A DNA stretch of 63,866 nucleotides, filler included, from Cladosporium halotolerans (lineage: Eukaryota), in NCBI RefSeq assembly GCF_011745625.1. It is 7 parts of 7 records of this genome, joined end to end, with 100 filler letters (N's around TTAATTAATTAA, not from the genome) between each part and the next. Parts side by side here need not be neighbours in the genome. Positions count along the whole stretch, not along the records: positions 1 to 9,864 come from NW_027191600.1; positions 9,965 to 19,761 come from NW_027191601.1; 5 more parts are not named here. One strand, given 5' to 3'. Under the pieces are notes generated by a model. That model was not told the origin of the DNA. It saw nothing but the letters and a program-made list of their open reading frames with translations, and did not search any database. Made by a program: the position numbers and the translations under genes. This document shows positions 1 through 12,125 of the stretch, in pieces (positions within the stretch are counted from its first letter, which is position 1; each line of letters begins with the position of its first letter).

Positions 1-92
1 CATTTCTCAGACAGACAGACAAGCCACCGCTCCTTAGGTAAGCAGACCAGACACTCCCGAAAATCTTGTCTGTCTGTCTGATGAACACCCTG
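1..92 (-). mobile_element. Terminus of a hAT-like DNA transposon (CAGGGTGTTCA...), element extends off the contig
   Basis: 1-96 is the exact reverse complement of 9766-9861. Starts CAGGG and carries an internal inverted pair TCAGACAGACAGACAAG / CTTGTCTGTCTGTCTGA. hAT assignment is inferred from the terminal sequence only. Confidence 0.65.
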
Positions 93-532
93 CTTGCGGC
101 CACTGCTTCGCCGCTTTTCCTCGCCTGAGTCTTGCAAGAGGCTGCTTGAGGCAATGCTCAGATCCTGGCGAGGGCATGTCTCGCTTTGTGCTGTTGGAAT
201 CTTGTCTGGTGTCATGGCTTGCTGCATTCGTCTGCATATTCATGAAAATCGAGACTGATGTTCTGTTCAAAGGTATGGTCGACACGCTGGGTAGAAGCTG
301 GTTGGACAGTGCAAAGACACGCCACGCGCACAGGCAACAAACACTTCCTCCAAGACCTTGATCGTTCATAACGTTACCTCAATATACAATACTGCAAAAC
401 AGTTGACACTTGGCGCTTTGAAGAGTGCACAAATTGTTCTGTTGATCACGCGTCTTACTAATCACTACAACGAGCTGATATTATCAATTCACGACCTCTT
501 TTTGCCACAGTCTGTTTCGTGCGCTTTTCGAC

Positions 533-850
533 CCCTTTGAAGCGCGGCTTCCACCCGGTGATCAGCCTCGGCTTGCGCATTGGCCATCGCAGTGCTCACG
601 AGCTGTTGAACCTACATCTGTATCTTGCTCATCTCTAACGTTATCTCGCCACGGAGGAATTGGATCTCTCTGAAGAGCCAACGGCAAGGGATCGCCCTGC
701 GAATCCTCGCATGCGGCCGCTCGCCGCGAACTCTTCAAAAGCTTGTGGAAGCAGATCCTCAGTGATACTGATAGCTGATCCTGCGTCTGCTTCTCGCTTC
801 TTCGGACTTGCTGGTCAATCCAACTCTGTGCTCCGCCGAGTCTGAGGCTA
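533..850 (-). mobile_element. Degenerate LINE family B ORF1 fragment
   Basis: Reverse complement of about 533-630 (GAGCAAGATACAGATG...CACTGCGATGGC...GAAGCCGCGCTTCAAAG) aligns by eye to 4845-4940 of the LINE B copy. Right boundary approximate. Confidence 0.6.
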
Positions 851-852
851 AG

Positions 853-3800
853 ATTGGTTTGATTTGATACGATACTACGTTATCCCGGTGTAGCTCCCTT
901 AGGGGTCCATGCGGGCTGTTGCTATGTATGCTATCAAGGAGGAAAACCGTGGCCGTGGCGCGGATGAAAACTCCTTCTTCTCCAAATGGGTGGCCATTGC
1001 CCTTCCGCCAGTGAATTTATGATACAGTAAGACGTAGCTGCGCGCCTCTAACGCGCTTTAACGTTCGCCATCATCCTCATCCACATAAGTCCCCGGCCTT
1101 CGTCCTCGTCGTCTTGGTTCCGCGTTATCCGATGTCCTCGCCAGGGAGAGCTGGGTGAGGATGTCTCGCTGTAGGAACCAGCTGGTCACTGCACGTAAGC
1201 CTGCTTCAGTCGACGGCAGCTTTGTGTAGTCGGTCGTTGCTTCTGCTAGCATTTTTGCCCGCCCTGTCGTGTGTGCAGGACAAAGCAAGATGACGTGTTT
1301 TGGAGTCTGTCGCGACCAGCCGCAACCGCAGTCTGGTTTCGGGCATCCATATGCGCGCCTCCGAGATAGGAGTCATTCAGACCGACGTATTTGGTCCTGA
1401 TCAGCGTTGCTACTGCACTCTCGACCTGTGTTAAGTTTTCCTTCGTCCGTAATCCTCGAGTCTACGTCACGTGGTGCAACGGATAGGTTGCTATCCTTCG
1501 CCGACAGACGCTTTTCCAGCTGGTACCGAATTCACTTGGCTTTCCAAGCCTCTTCGAGCCCCTTTCTCGCAGCTGTCCTGCTACCGCAATGCCTGGTCGG
1601 GCTCGATTGCTGTCGCATCGATTTAGCCCTTAACTGAAATTGGTCGGTGTGTCTTGTCGGGATGTTACCTTTCGTCCGGAAGCGGCGCTGAGCCCTTTCA
1701 TCGGTAGCCTTACGGGCCTCTTCCACAGCCTGGTCGCCCACAGTCTTCTGTTCTCTGAACATGGTAAACGCCAGCATCTCGAGGTGGAGGTCCAAGGGTG
1801 CGACGCTCGCCTCGTGTTCGAGCACTCGGACATTTGTCGTCTTGTATGCGCCTGTGATGGTTCTGAGGCATTTGTTCTGCACTGTCTGCAGTGGATCGAT
1901 CAGCCTATTTCGGTTGGCTCGTTCGTCCCCGAGGAGGAAATTGCACTGGGCACCCATAGGAAAGTACCGGACGGACAACAGCAGCGTAGGTCTGTCTCGC
2001 CTTAGCAAAAGTGGCTCCACAAGTGCTCTTGGTCAATTGTGTAATTGACGCCATGTGAGATGCTGCCTTTACTGCCGTCAGGTTGACGTGAGGGCCCCAT
2101 TTCAGCTTCAGTCCAGATGGATCCCGAGGATCCTCATCACTGGGACTGGGCCGTCTTGGAATTTGGGTATCTGTACGGTCGCCTGCATGTTGAATTTCTT
2201 GGGGCGACGGGTGAATTGCATCAGCTAATACTTCTCAGGCGCGAAAGTCGCGCCGTGGGTGCGCGCCCATGCCATACGCTTTTCGTTCGCTCTTTCCAGA
2301 ACTTGACAGTTCGCTTCCGTGCTTCTGCTGAACGTGAGTATGTTGGTGTCGTTTACAAAACCAACTGCGGTCGTTGCTTTCGGCATTGAACTGCGGGTGG
2401 AGGGTGGAAGCGAAGAATACAAAGAGGATCGGTGACAGTGTCGAGCCCTGGGGAATGCCTGATGTGGTGGACCGGACCCTATCCTCGTATGTACCTAGCG
2501 TGAGGGTCGTCGTTCGACCAGTCAAGAAGGAGCGGATGTAGCTGGCTATCCACTGCGGCAGCCTCGCGTCTCTGATGTTGTGGATCAGTCTGTCGTGCGA
2601 GACATTGTCGAATGCGCCGGAGATGTCTAAACTTAGCATGCTGGCCACTCACGTGTGGTCGATCGCCCAGACCGTCTGAATCTGCTCGGTGAGAATTCCT
2701 AGCACAATGATAGTCGATCGTCCCGGGCATGCACCCATCTGTGGGGTCGGCAGTAGGCGGTGCTCTTCTGCTAACGCCGAGATACGCCGGGCCAGGATCT
2801 TTTCGAGCACCTTACCCAGCGTGTTGAGCAGAGCTATAGGCCTGTATGCTTTCGCTACGTTGTATGCTGGCTTCTGTGGCTTTCTCAGAACCACCGTCCT
2901 GGAGTGGCGGAAAGGTGTTGGGTGGTACGATCTTTGGAGGCAATATTGGCACAGCTTGGCCAGAGGCTCGGCGAGGACCAATCTGCACTCGCGGAGAAAG
3001 CGATTCGGTATGCTGTCCGGACCTTGAGTCCTATCCGATGCGATGGTTTCCAGAATGCTTAGGATCTCCTTTGCAGTGACTTCCTGGCTCATTGAGAGCT
3101 CTGGTAGGCACACATAGTTCCTAGTGTCGGTCAGGTCTATTTGTCCCAACTCACCATCTCTTCTACCTTGGCCGCTCGACGGATACTGCTTTCGTGATTC
3201 CAGGCTGCGGGTCTCTTTCCATATTAGCGCATTTGAGCTGCGTTTGGGTGGTACACTCCTGTGTGTTATGCTTTCCAGCAAAGTTTCCACAGGCTTCTAC
3301 CTTACGACGGACCGGTGCGACATGGCCGTAGGCCTGACACTTGAAGCATTGCATGAGTCTCGACTTCGGACTGTAGTACTCCGCTAGGTGAAGAGCGAAG
3401 TTGCTGACGAGGCCGCGTTGGATGGTCCTGTTCGCCATTTGTTCCGTCGCGAAGTCACTTATGAGAGAAGCATGGGTTTTACCCGCGGCGTGTCCGCGGT
3501 TGAGCCAGGAAACTCGCATGAGTTTGAGACCATTATGGAGAGCTTGGTTTTCCTCCTGTAGCTTCGCGACATCCTCTGCTCATTTCTGGTCGATGGAGTC
3601 GACTCGAAGCGATTCCAGAATTCGCATCGCCTTGGGGTCAAAGTTTCAATGCAGGCTCGCGATACAGCTTCTCTTACAACCCGAACGGGAGGCCGACGGG
3701 TGCTTCGCATTCGCCGACCCATCTAACAAGTGGGACCGATCTGTGACGGGCAAGTACCATCACTCTCGCTGCTTATGCGAGCCATGTCGCCGACACGCGT

Positions 3801-3950
3801 TTGACGCGACGACACGATCGATGAGTTATGCCAGGAAGAGCTAATGACCCGAGTCCGGTGCGGAGTCTGCTGCTCGAAGCCGTCATATCGAGATGAGCGG
3901 CCTGTCGATGGCACACCCATGCTTCTGCCAGCCGTCTGAGCTTCGATTTG
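853..3950 (-). mobile_element. Degenerate Tad1-like non-LTR retrotransposon (LINE family A): gag-like ORF1 plus RT, frameshifted, endonuclease region missing
   Basis: ORF1 zinc knuckle CFKCQAYGH; RT motifs YRPIALLNTLGKVLEK, LDISGAFDNV, GIPQGSTLSPILF, FVND; C-terminal Cys/His knuckle; ATCAA-type tail near 853-875; multiple frameshifts. Confidence 0.9.
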
Positions 3951-3985
3951 TGTGTATATACACCCTGAATTCTTCTTTGGATGCT

Positions 3986-4850
3986 TTATTCTGTGTTCTG
4001 CGCAAAGCGACTTACTTGTGATGATTCATGAGGTTGTTTGTAAGTCTCAGGAGTCTGCGGCAGCTTTCTGCGGTGAAAGGGATAAAAACGTCGCTTTCTT
4101 TGTGGGATATGCGAGGATCGAGCTGAAGAGGCATACAGAGATGTACGAAGGTGAATGTTCGCGCATGCTTTTGACGACCGTTTCGATCTTTTCGTTCCCA
4201 CCTGTCCCTGCGATTTGCATTGCTCGCGTCTGAACCTCTGGGTGAGAAATGTTGGGGTGTTCATGTTCATGCGGGACATCTGCCCGGAGCTGAGGAAGCA
4301 CGTGGAGGCAAGGGCTTTGCGGAAGAAAAGCCGAAGGACCGCGCAGCAGGCGGCTGTAATGCCCAGGCTCGTCTCGCTACAGGACCAGATGGCGATGTCG
4401 GTCGTGGCGTATAGGAAGTCGTCCTTGTCGCTGAGAGGATGGATGTATGGGATGCGGATGATCGTCGCGACGGAAGCACTGAAAGTGGATCATTAGCGAA
4501 GTCACTAGTGTCTGAGCGCAAACGGACTTACATAGCTCTCATCGCTAGAAGAGGATAGCTGCGACCTTCTTCTGACCCATTTGGAGGGATCAAACTAGAA
4601 TAACAGGCAAGATCGAAAACACGAGATCTCCTGCGCAAGTGATAGCGGAGTAGCCGTGTGGCGCGCTGACGACAATCAAAGTGTCCAAGCAGCTCCCAGA
4701 GCCACCGGCGTAGCGGGTCCAGAAGAATTTGGAAGGAATACACTGAAAGATGAAAAGGAAGAAGAAGAAGGCGCTGTATATCTCGGTGACAACATAAGTG
4801 ATGTAGAGAATGATCTTGTTTGTGGGCCGCACGGCGAGTCTCAGGAGCAA
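3986..4850 (-). pseudogene. 3' fragment of a PTH11-like (rhodopsin-domain) integral membrane protein gene
   Basis: Hydrophobic segments with FIFQCIPSKFFWTR and DLVFSILPVILV, typical of the fungal PTH11 family. Frameshifted; 5' part replaced by LINE B sequence. Confidence 0.7.
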
Positions 4851-7800
4851 GATACAAATGCAGATTACTCAGGTTGTCAACACTGCGATAGCAAACATGC
4901 AAGCCGAGGCGATCGGCGGGTAGAAGCCGCGCTTCAAAGAATTATGGAGATGCTCGAGACGGGGCCGTGGCAGAAAAATGAGGGGATGGAACCCTCCATC
5001 AGCCTTACGTCCAGCAAGTATGTGCCACGCAGGTTCCTCGCAGGCAAGAATGGACATCAGGGCAAGCAGCACAGCCAAGCTGGGCCAGTATCGCCGGGAC
5101 AAGTGGAGCAAATGGCTGGACCACAGTCGCAAACGGTAAGAAGAAGTTGAAAAAGCACCCGCTCGACCAAAGACGTTTTTATCTTCGCCAGAAATGTGCA
5201 GTCGCATAGCTGCGACCCAAGAAACATCATGTCCGAGGTAAACACGGCTCTAGCGCACGCGAGGGCTCATGTAACGGTGAGTTTGATCAGTTTGATCAAA
5301 ACGAGATACACAGAAAAAGGCAACTTGACGGTCGTGGTGAGTCAAAATGCATGCGCAGACGAGCTGTTCAACTATGCAACGGTCGTTATGGCTGCTGTGA
5401 AGAAGCTAGACCCCGAGGTCGCCTTTGTAGAAAGACAGAGAAGTGGCGCAAGCTGCGTGTGCACGGTGTTGCACTCGAAGGCACTCACGGGGAGATCTTA
5501 GGTGATCTCCAGCCCTGACGACCATTCTTGCATGTCAATCGACGATGATAGTGCTATAGTATGATTGTAACGGCACGGCCGTGTCAACGGTGGCTGCGCT
5601 AGAGGCGGGCATTGAGCGAGGTGGCGAGGTGGCGCGCTTGCAATAGCCGTATGTCGGAAGGAGACACGCGTTCAGCCACCCGGGATCCCAGATACGCTGG
5701 CCAGAATGCGCCAAGCAACAAATAAGGGTGGCGCTGGCGATCCGTAACGATGTGCTGGATCGCTACGTGTTCGAGGAGAGGACAGACCTGGTGGACAGCC
5801 CGCACGTGCAGTGTCTTGACATCTGGTAGACAACGATCCGCAGAACAAAGCGCCGAACGAGACTGATCAACGTTTACAACAAAGCCAGAGTCCAAGGCGG
5901 TGTATACACGATCGATTACATCGATTGGTCATCACTGATCGAAGGCAGGACCGTACTCGCAGGCGACTTCAATGCGCGCAGCCCTGAGTGACACCCGTGG
6001 GTTGCGGGAAAGCAGAATGGGACTACAAAACGGTTGATTGAGAGACACCAGCTTGTTGTCAACAGCAACGATGACCAAAAACACCAGACGCGGAAAGGGC
6101 TGTAAGTCAGTCATGGACTTGAAGCTCAGCACCCGCAGAGTGGGTGCGCTCACTATCTGGGAAATCCACGAGGACCTGGCCACAACGTCTGACCACGGGG
6201 TGATCGTCTTCGTGTAGACGCCGCTCAATGCGACCGCCTCAGGAAGGCAAAAAGACCTCACGCCGAGCTACAACATAGACCGTCTTTGCGCAGATGAAGA
6301 GGCGTTGAAAGAGGCCGGCGAGCACTGGCATGAGCTGAGTGAGGGGAAGGCGCTCATCAGTGCCTGGGCGGCGACACCGGCAGAATTCGAGGCAGAAGCG
6401 TGCTGGATGCAAGACAGTCTCAGGGCAGTGCTGGACCGACACGCATCCGGGAGGCCGCCGTTCGCACGCTCGAAACTATGGTGGACAGACGACGTCAAAC
6501 AGGAGAGACGGCTGTTCGGAGGCGCAAGACGTGCCTACAACGGCGATCGGATCAGATTCGACGAGTACCGTCAAGTGAGAAGTAAATATTACCGCCACAC
6601 CCGGAGACCCAAGCGTTTAGCCCGGGAACGCTTTCTTGAAGGCGTCTTCCCAACTGACGACTTCTCAAAATCCGCGAGTGATTCTGAGCTATTTGAAAAG
6701 CGCTCAGATACACGAAGCTTAAACGCTGTCGTATACCAGCAATCAAGATCAGCGGCGCTGATGGACAGCTGGACAAGGTAGTGGCGACGGCAGAAGAGAA
6801 AGAAGAAATCTTTATGGCGCAAGCCTTCCCATTTCAAGCCAGCGATGCAGACGACATGCAAATACCAGACACGATGACCAGTCTGAGCGCGTGTCAAGTC
6901 CGTGAAGCATTGTTTTGACAGTCTGTCAAGAAAGCACCGGGGGTGGACGGACGGTTTAAAGCGCTGCGGCTGCTATGGCAGCGGGCTGAGGAACAAACCG
7001 TGGCCCTCGCCCAAGGATGCATACGGACAGGGTACCACCCTTGCGCGTGGAAGACCGCAAAAGGCATTCTGTTGCGCAAGCAGGAAACCCTACCTACGCC
7101 GTCGCAAAAGCCTACCCGGTCATTAGCCTGCTCAGCTGTCTTGGCAAGGTTTATGAAAAGGTGGTCGCAACTTGGATTGCATCCTTCTGCGCGAAGAACG
7201 AGATCTTCCACCGAGGGCAAGTCGGCTGTCGACATGGAAAAGGCACGTCAAATGCTGTGGCGCAATCGATGACTAAACTCGAAGATGCGTGGAGCAAGAA
7301 GCGTGCCACCCTAGGGCTATTCCTTAATGTCAAGGGAGCCTTCGACAAAGTCACTAAAAGACAGCTGCTCAAGCGGATGATCGAAGTCGGTATAGCCGTT
7401 AATATCGTACGCTGGGTGCACTCATTCTTGATCGGCCGAGGGGCGAGGCTGGTGATCGACGTACGCACGGGTGAGACCCGCAGGATCCAGGCCGGCCTAC
7501 CTCAAGGATCACCGGTCTCGCCAGTACTGTGCATCTTATCGATCAGCGCCATGTTCGGATGGCTAGAAGACAGACACCCAAGATTGCAATCCATTTCGTT
7601 CGTAGACGACATAGGTTTGGTCATAGACTGCGAAGACTTGAATTCGGGCACCAGACGTCTCGAACGCATTGCCAGAGATGTGGTACGATGTGGAACCGAT
7701 AACAAAGTCGACTTCGAGGTCAGCAAGGCCGAGCTTCTTTTGTTCAGGAGGCGTCGCAAAGTCTTGCAAGCAGCAAAAGACGAAGTCGTTCGCATCGGAG

Positions 7801-9679
7801 AGCTAGGCTTCACGTTCAAGCAAGAAGCGACCAGGTGGCTAGGCTTCTGGCTCGACCCGAAGCTGGCCTTCAAGGTGCACTTCGAGAACAGGGTGGCGAG
7901 CGCCAAAGGTGCTCTGCAGCGGGTGGCCAGGCTCAATCGAAGCAACGGCGGCTTGACGGTCCACCTGATGAGGAGACTGATCGTCGGAGCAGTCACCGTC
8001 GTCGCAATGTACGGGTCGGAATCTGGTGGAGAGGCCAGAAGGACCGACTGGGGAAGCTCCAATTGCTGTTGAACAGTCAAGCAATGGCTATCATGGGGGT
8101 TGCTGAAGACAACACCATTGGCCTTCCTTCGGGAGGCGGCATGCTCCTTCGGGAGGCGGCATGCCTATTGAGTGCCAGAGGCCTTCTCGACTATCGGCAG
8201 ACCAGGTACGCGGTGCGCGCCCTCAGTGCGGACGGAGACCATCCGACGCATCAGCTCCTGCCTGCAAACTTCCGTTTCGGCGAGCTTCTCCGACACGAAG
8301 GAGCAACAGGTCAGCCATTCAGCATAAGCTGGACGAAGCTAGAGAAGACGCATCGGTCGTTAGGAGGCCGACTTGCACAGCAGATCGTTAGGAATGTCAA
8401 ATACGGCACAGAGTATAGATTCGAATTGCCCTGCGTCGAATTGCCCTGCAGGGTAGCTAGCTTCATCCGTACCAAGCCCGGTGATCCGAACTCACGGATA
8501 CTCCGACGTGGCGAAGACGATGCTACCTAATCACCAACAACAACTGGCAATCTTTGTAAGTGCGACCAAGGATATCAGTTATGGGGTAGGAGCCGCATGG
8601 AGAGAGCGACGCGAGTGGAAGACGAAGGCGTCAGCATTGGGCATGTACATGACAGCAGCTGATGCTGCACTGTTTGCCATCGGCATGGTTGTGAGGACCT
8701 CTCACGGTTCTCCATCGAGCAGATCACTGTTGCGTTGAGGTCGTGATGGTGTCGCGACAGGGACTGACCGTCATTGAGAGCGCTGAACACTGGGCACTAC
8801 CGATCATCACAAGCATGAAACGGCAGGCGCTGCGAGTTGAAGACGCAGGCGGTCGAGTGGTGCTAACATGGCTTGTGAACGGCGAAGGCGTAGAGGGCTA
8901 CGAGATCGCGAGCGCTGCGGCGCAAAGAGCAGCAAAACACCAGCCCAAAGAGACGCGATTGGCATCACTGCCTTACATCAGGCAAACCGTCAGAGAGAAG
9001 TGGAAGCTACAACGCAAGGATATTAAGAACATCTGGGATGCGAAAGAGTCAGTCGCAGCTCAATACTTGCAGCTCAAATCGGGACACGCAGTCACAGGCT
9101 TCTACCTCCTGAGGATCACTAAGGCCCACGACGCACACTGTTGGTGGTGTGGAGGAGTCGAGCAAACCATTGGACACCTATTGCTCAAATGCAGAACATG
9201 GCGGAGGCAGCGGGACGCCATGCTACGGAGGCTGAATAGCAAGAAGGCTTCGATCAGCGGAAGGCGAGACAGAGCAGACCTACAAACTCTGTTCAGAGCA
9301 AAAGCTGTCGTAGACGTGCTTCGATTCCTTGACGATACAGATATGGGTAAGAAAATGCCTGGAGAAAGCGATCAAGCTGATTCGTGGGGCATCGAACGAT
9401 TAGATCGGAGCGTTGAGGATGGAAAGCTGGCGGAGGGGATTGGAGGGGAATAAGGGGACGGATGATATTTGACAACGACGGAAAGGTAGGAGGGCAGTGA
9501 GCCCGAAAGCTGTGGCGGCTTGGTGAAGTCGAGATGGCGAGCATAACTGTACGGTAAAAGGCCAACGCGAGAGCACACATGGAAGTTATAGAAGTCGTCG
9601 AGAACATAGCCGACGTGCCATAAGCTATCTAGCTTGAATGCAACTTTTTTTTTTGATAAAAAAAAAATAAAAAGAAAAG
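4845..9679 (+). mobile_element. Degenerate Tad1-like LINE (family B): ORF1 fragment, APE endonuclease, RT, RNase H-like region, Cys/His knuckle, A-rich tail
   Basis: Endonuclease motifs AGDFNA and SDH (about 5960-6200); RT motifs KGAFDKV, GLPQGSPVSP, FVDD; LQLKSGH...CWWC...HLLLKC; T/A-rich tail 9644-9678; many indels and short tandem duplications (about 8126-8165, 8422-8450). Confidence 0.9.
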
Positions 9680-9769
9680 GGCAGAGGGTTCCTAGTATGC
9701 ACTCTCCATCCGGTATGCAATGTACGTTGGGCTCACTGTTTTGACGGCAGATTGTCGGGCGCTTCCAAG

Positions 9770-9864
9770 CAGGGTGTTCATCAGACAGACAGACAAGATT
9801 TTCGGGAGTGTCTGGTCTGCTTACCTAAGGAGCGGTGGCTTGTCTGTCTGTCTGAGAAATGGCA
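9770..9864 (+). mobile_element. Second copy of the same hAT-like terminus, opposite orientation
   Basis: Perfect inverted match to 1-92; flanking 8-mer CTTCCAAG. Confidence 0.65.
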
Positions 9865-9964
9865 NNNNNNNNNNNNNNNNNNNNNNNNNNNNNNNNNNNN
9901 NNNNNNNNTTAATTAATTAANNNNNNNNNNNNNNNNNNNNNNNNNNNNNNNNNNNNNNNNNNNN
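9865..9964. other. Artificial contig spacer (N44-TTAATTAATTAA-N44)
   Basis: Identical 100-nt six-frame-stop linker also at 19762-19861, 29592-29691, 39310-39409, 49000-49099 and 58610-58709. Confidence 0.99.
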
Positions 9965-10312
9965 TTCAACGCAACCGACGCTGGCGTGCGAAGGGACTTC
10001 TGGAGACTGTTCCCGAAGACCAGGGAGTCTTATGACATAGAAAAACAGCAAGAGGTACTCAAGGAGTTGTTGCGATCTAGCAATTGGAAGCGGCTTGGTA
10101 AGCCATGGTTCAGGCAGGACGCCGTGACTGGACTGGTCTACCGCAAGTCACCAGGGAGTCAATCCATGCCGATGGGCCAGATCACCGTTTGCGTACCCTA
10201 CGAGCATGAATTTGATATCGCTGTAAGCCAAGAAGGTCTTGTAATTGTACTCTCCGAAGCCCCACCGACTGATTGTAGCAGGCTGTCGAGCATGTTCGCT
10301 CGCACACGTTAG
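9965..10312 (+). CDS. Hypothetical protein fragment, 5' end off contig
   Basis: Open frame from the contig edge with protein-like composition; no recognisable domain. Confidence 0.35.
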   Translation, partial: FNATDAGVRRDFWRLFPKTRESYDIEKQQEVLKELLRSSNWKRLGKPWFRQDAVTGLVYRKSPGSQSMPMGQITVCVPYEHEFDIAVSQEGLVIVLSEAPPTDCSRLSSMFARTR

Positions 10313-11095
10313 ACTCAGAAAGCAACAAACCAAACGACATTGACTCGACTATCGCTTCAAAATACACGGGAGTCGACCGAGATCAGCTGAGATTTGTGAG
10401 AAAAAGGTGTGCCGATTGCAATGCGACGGAGACAGCTATTGTCAAGTTGGCTTGGACTGTCGACCGGTGGTACGCAGGCTACTAGTGACGGAGGATGCTC
10501 TAAATCCTGAATCTCATCCCCCGACGAAGACCAGAGTCAAGGGTGTCTCTAAGAGTAAGCTCTGCAAGCACTTCCCGAACCATGTCATAGCAGACACTAT
10601 CTCGAGCTCTACACACAAGTACTCCAGTGTATACTGGATTGCTTGTGAGGATAAGTTGGCCGAACCGATATGCACCAGACGCTCCACCATAGGCATATCC
10701 CGGCAGCAGTCAGCGAACTCATTCCAAGCTGCTTCTTACCCGACGAAGCACAACGCTTGATGCTGGTTGTCGGTTCTGCTTTCCTCAGGACGGATCGCGA
10801 GTACGTCCACGCTCACCAATCCCTCGTTACAGCTTCAATCTTGGCCGCCAGCTCCCAAGGCAAGGTCTGTTTCCAGACTGACATTTGGGCGCGAAAACAG
10901 CCTTTGGGGGTCCCTGCACTGATTGAGCGAAGAAGCATATTGGTACTAGCCTGGCGACAATACAACTAACAGACGGCCATCAATGTTCAGAGCATCTACG
11001 AGCGCGTCAAGCAGCATGAACCGAGCTCACTGCGTGTCTTTCCTTCAGCGACTGAGCTCGAACATGTTCTCGGCAAGACCGATGACATTCGCGCT

Positions 11096-11812
11096 TTGGA
11101 TGAAATTGCCGAATCTGCACACCAAAGCTGGTTCCGGCCGATTACTTGCGATTCTGCGACCCAGTGTCGGCTGAGCGAAGTCGGGGCAATGAAACGGAGC
11201 CACAGCTGCGGCAGCGAACATGTCATCCTGCACCCCAAAGCAATTGACGTCGCAAAGTATTTGAGATGCCAGTCAAGCGGGCGCAGGATCAGCAGTCGAC
11301 GAGCGGCCCAGACCACGGAACGATGGTTTCATCAAGAGTTTGTCGAGGGGTTGAGAAAAATTGGCGAGTTCCGCGTCTTCATTGTCACTGTCCAAGATAC
11401 GACGGCCAGACGAGGGCGCAGAGGAAGGGTACTCCAAGTTGTTCATACTATTGAACTTCCTGACAGAAAGCTTGTCGTCACTGTTTTAGGTTCTGGTGGA
11501 AGCCGGCCTGATGAACTGGGCACAAGTGAAAAAATACACATCGACGAGCTCCGAACGTTCGCACTTTTTGTATATGAGGCGTTGCGCTGCAGATCGAATT
11601 GGTCCACAAGCTTTGAATCCTTAGAGGTCGGGGCTCGCGTCGATGTGGGTGTTGCCCTCCTCGACAGTGTGCCCAAATACTTCGTCAATGAAGTCACACG
11701 AATCTACGAGGCAGATTTCTTCGCAGAGTGGTTGGCTCAGCCAGGGACCCAGACTTGCAGGGCCGTGTCGACGGCGTTTGCAGAGGTTTTTCTGGAAACA
11801 CAAGACAGCTGA
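11096..11812 (+). CDS. ATP-grasp-fold-like protein (probably the 3' exon of a longer gene)
   Basis: Ordered motifs KRSHS-CG, WFHQEFV..GEFRVF, RVDVGV, YFVNEVT resemble ATP-grasp ligase motifs (K..S.G, QEF/Y, E.R.F, R.D, VNE). Confidence 0.55.
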   Translation: MDEIAESAHQSWFRPITCDSATQCRLSEVGAMKRSHSCGSEHVILHPKAIDVAKYLRCQSSGRRISSRRAAQTTERWFHQEFVEGLRKIGEFRVFIVTVQDTTARRGRRGRVLQVVHTIELPDRKLVVTVLGSGGSRPDELGTSEKIHIDELRTFALFVYEALRCRSNWSTSFESLEVGARVDVGVALLDSVPKYFVNEVTRIYEADFFAEWLAQPGTQTCRAVSTAFAEVFLETQDS

Positions 11813-12125
11813 TGTTCTGTTCTAGAAAGGAAGCAAAAGCTTGATCAAACTCGGAACCTGAGCTACAACTTCATGCGATGCCATTCGCTGGCTCCGGGGT
11901 TCAAATCAACACACAGCGCCTCCTCTACTCTGAAAATGTGACCGTGGGAGGACTCAGAGCTCAGAATCTGCAGCGGTCGAGTCCAAGTTGGGACAGCGGG
12001 TTGAAGTGCTGGACACGGGACTGTGATTGAGAAGTTTGCTAGAAGATGTATCTCGTGTCACAAGCCACGTAGCATGGATACTGATGAAGTACATGTATGG
12101 AAAGGATCTAAGTCGGACTTGCCAA

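Noticed and set aside
9865..9964. Regularly spaced TTAATTAATTAA palindromes about every 9.7 kb
   Set aside because: Artificial six-frame-stop spacers between contigs; the spacing reflects contigs ordered by decreasing length (9864, 9797, 9730, 9618, 9590, 9510, 5157).
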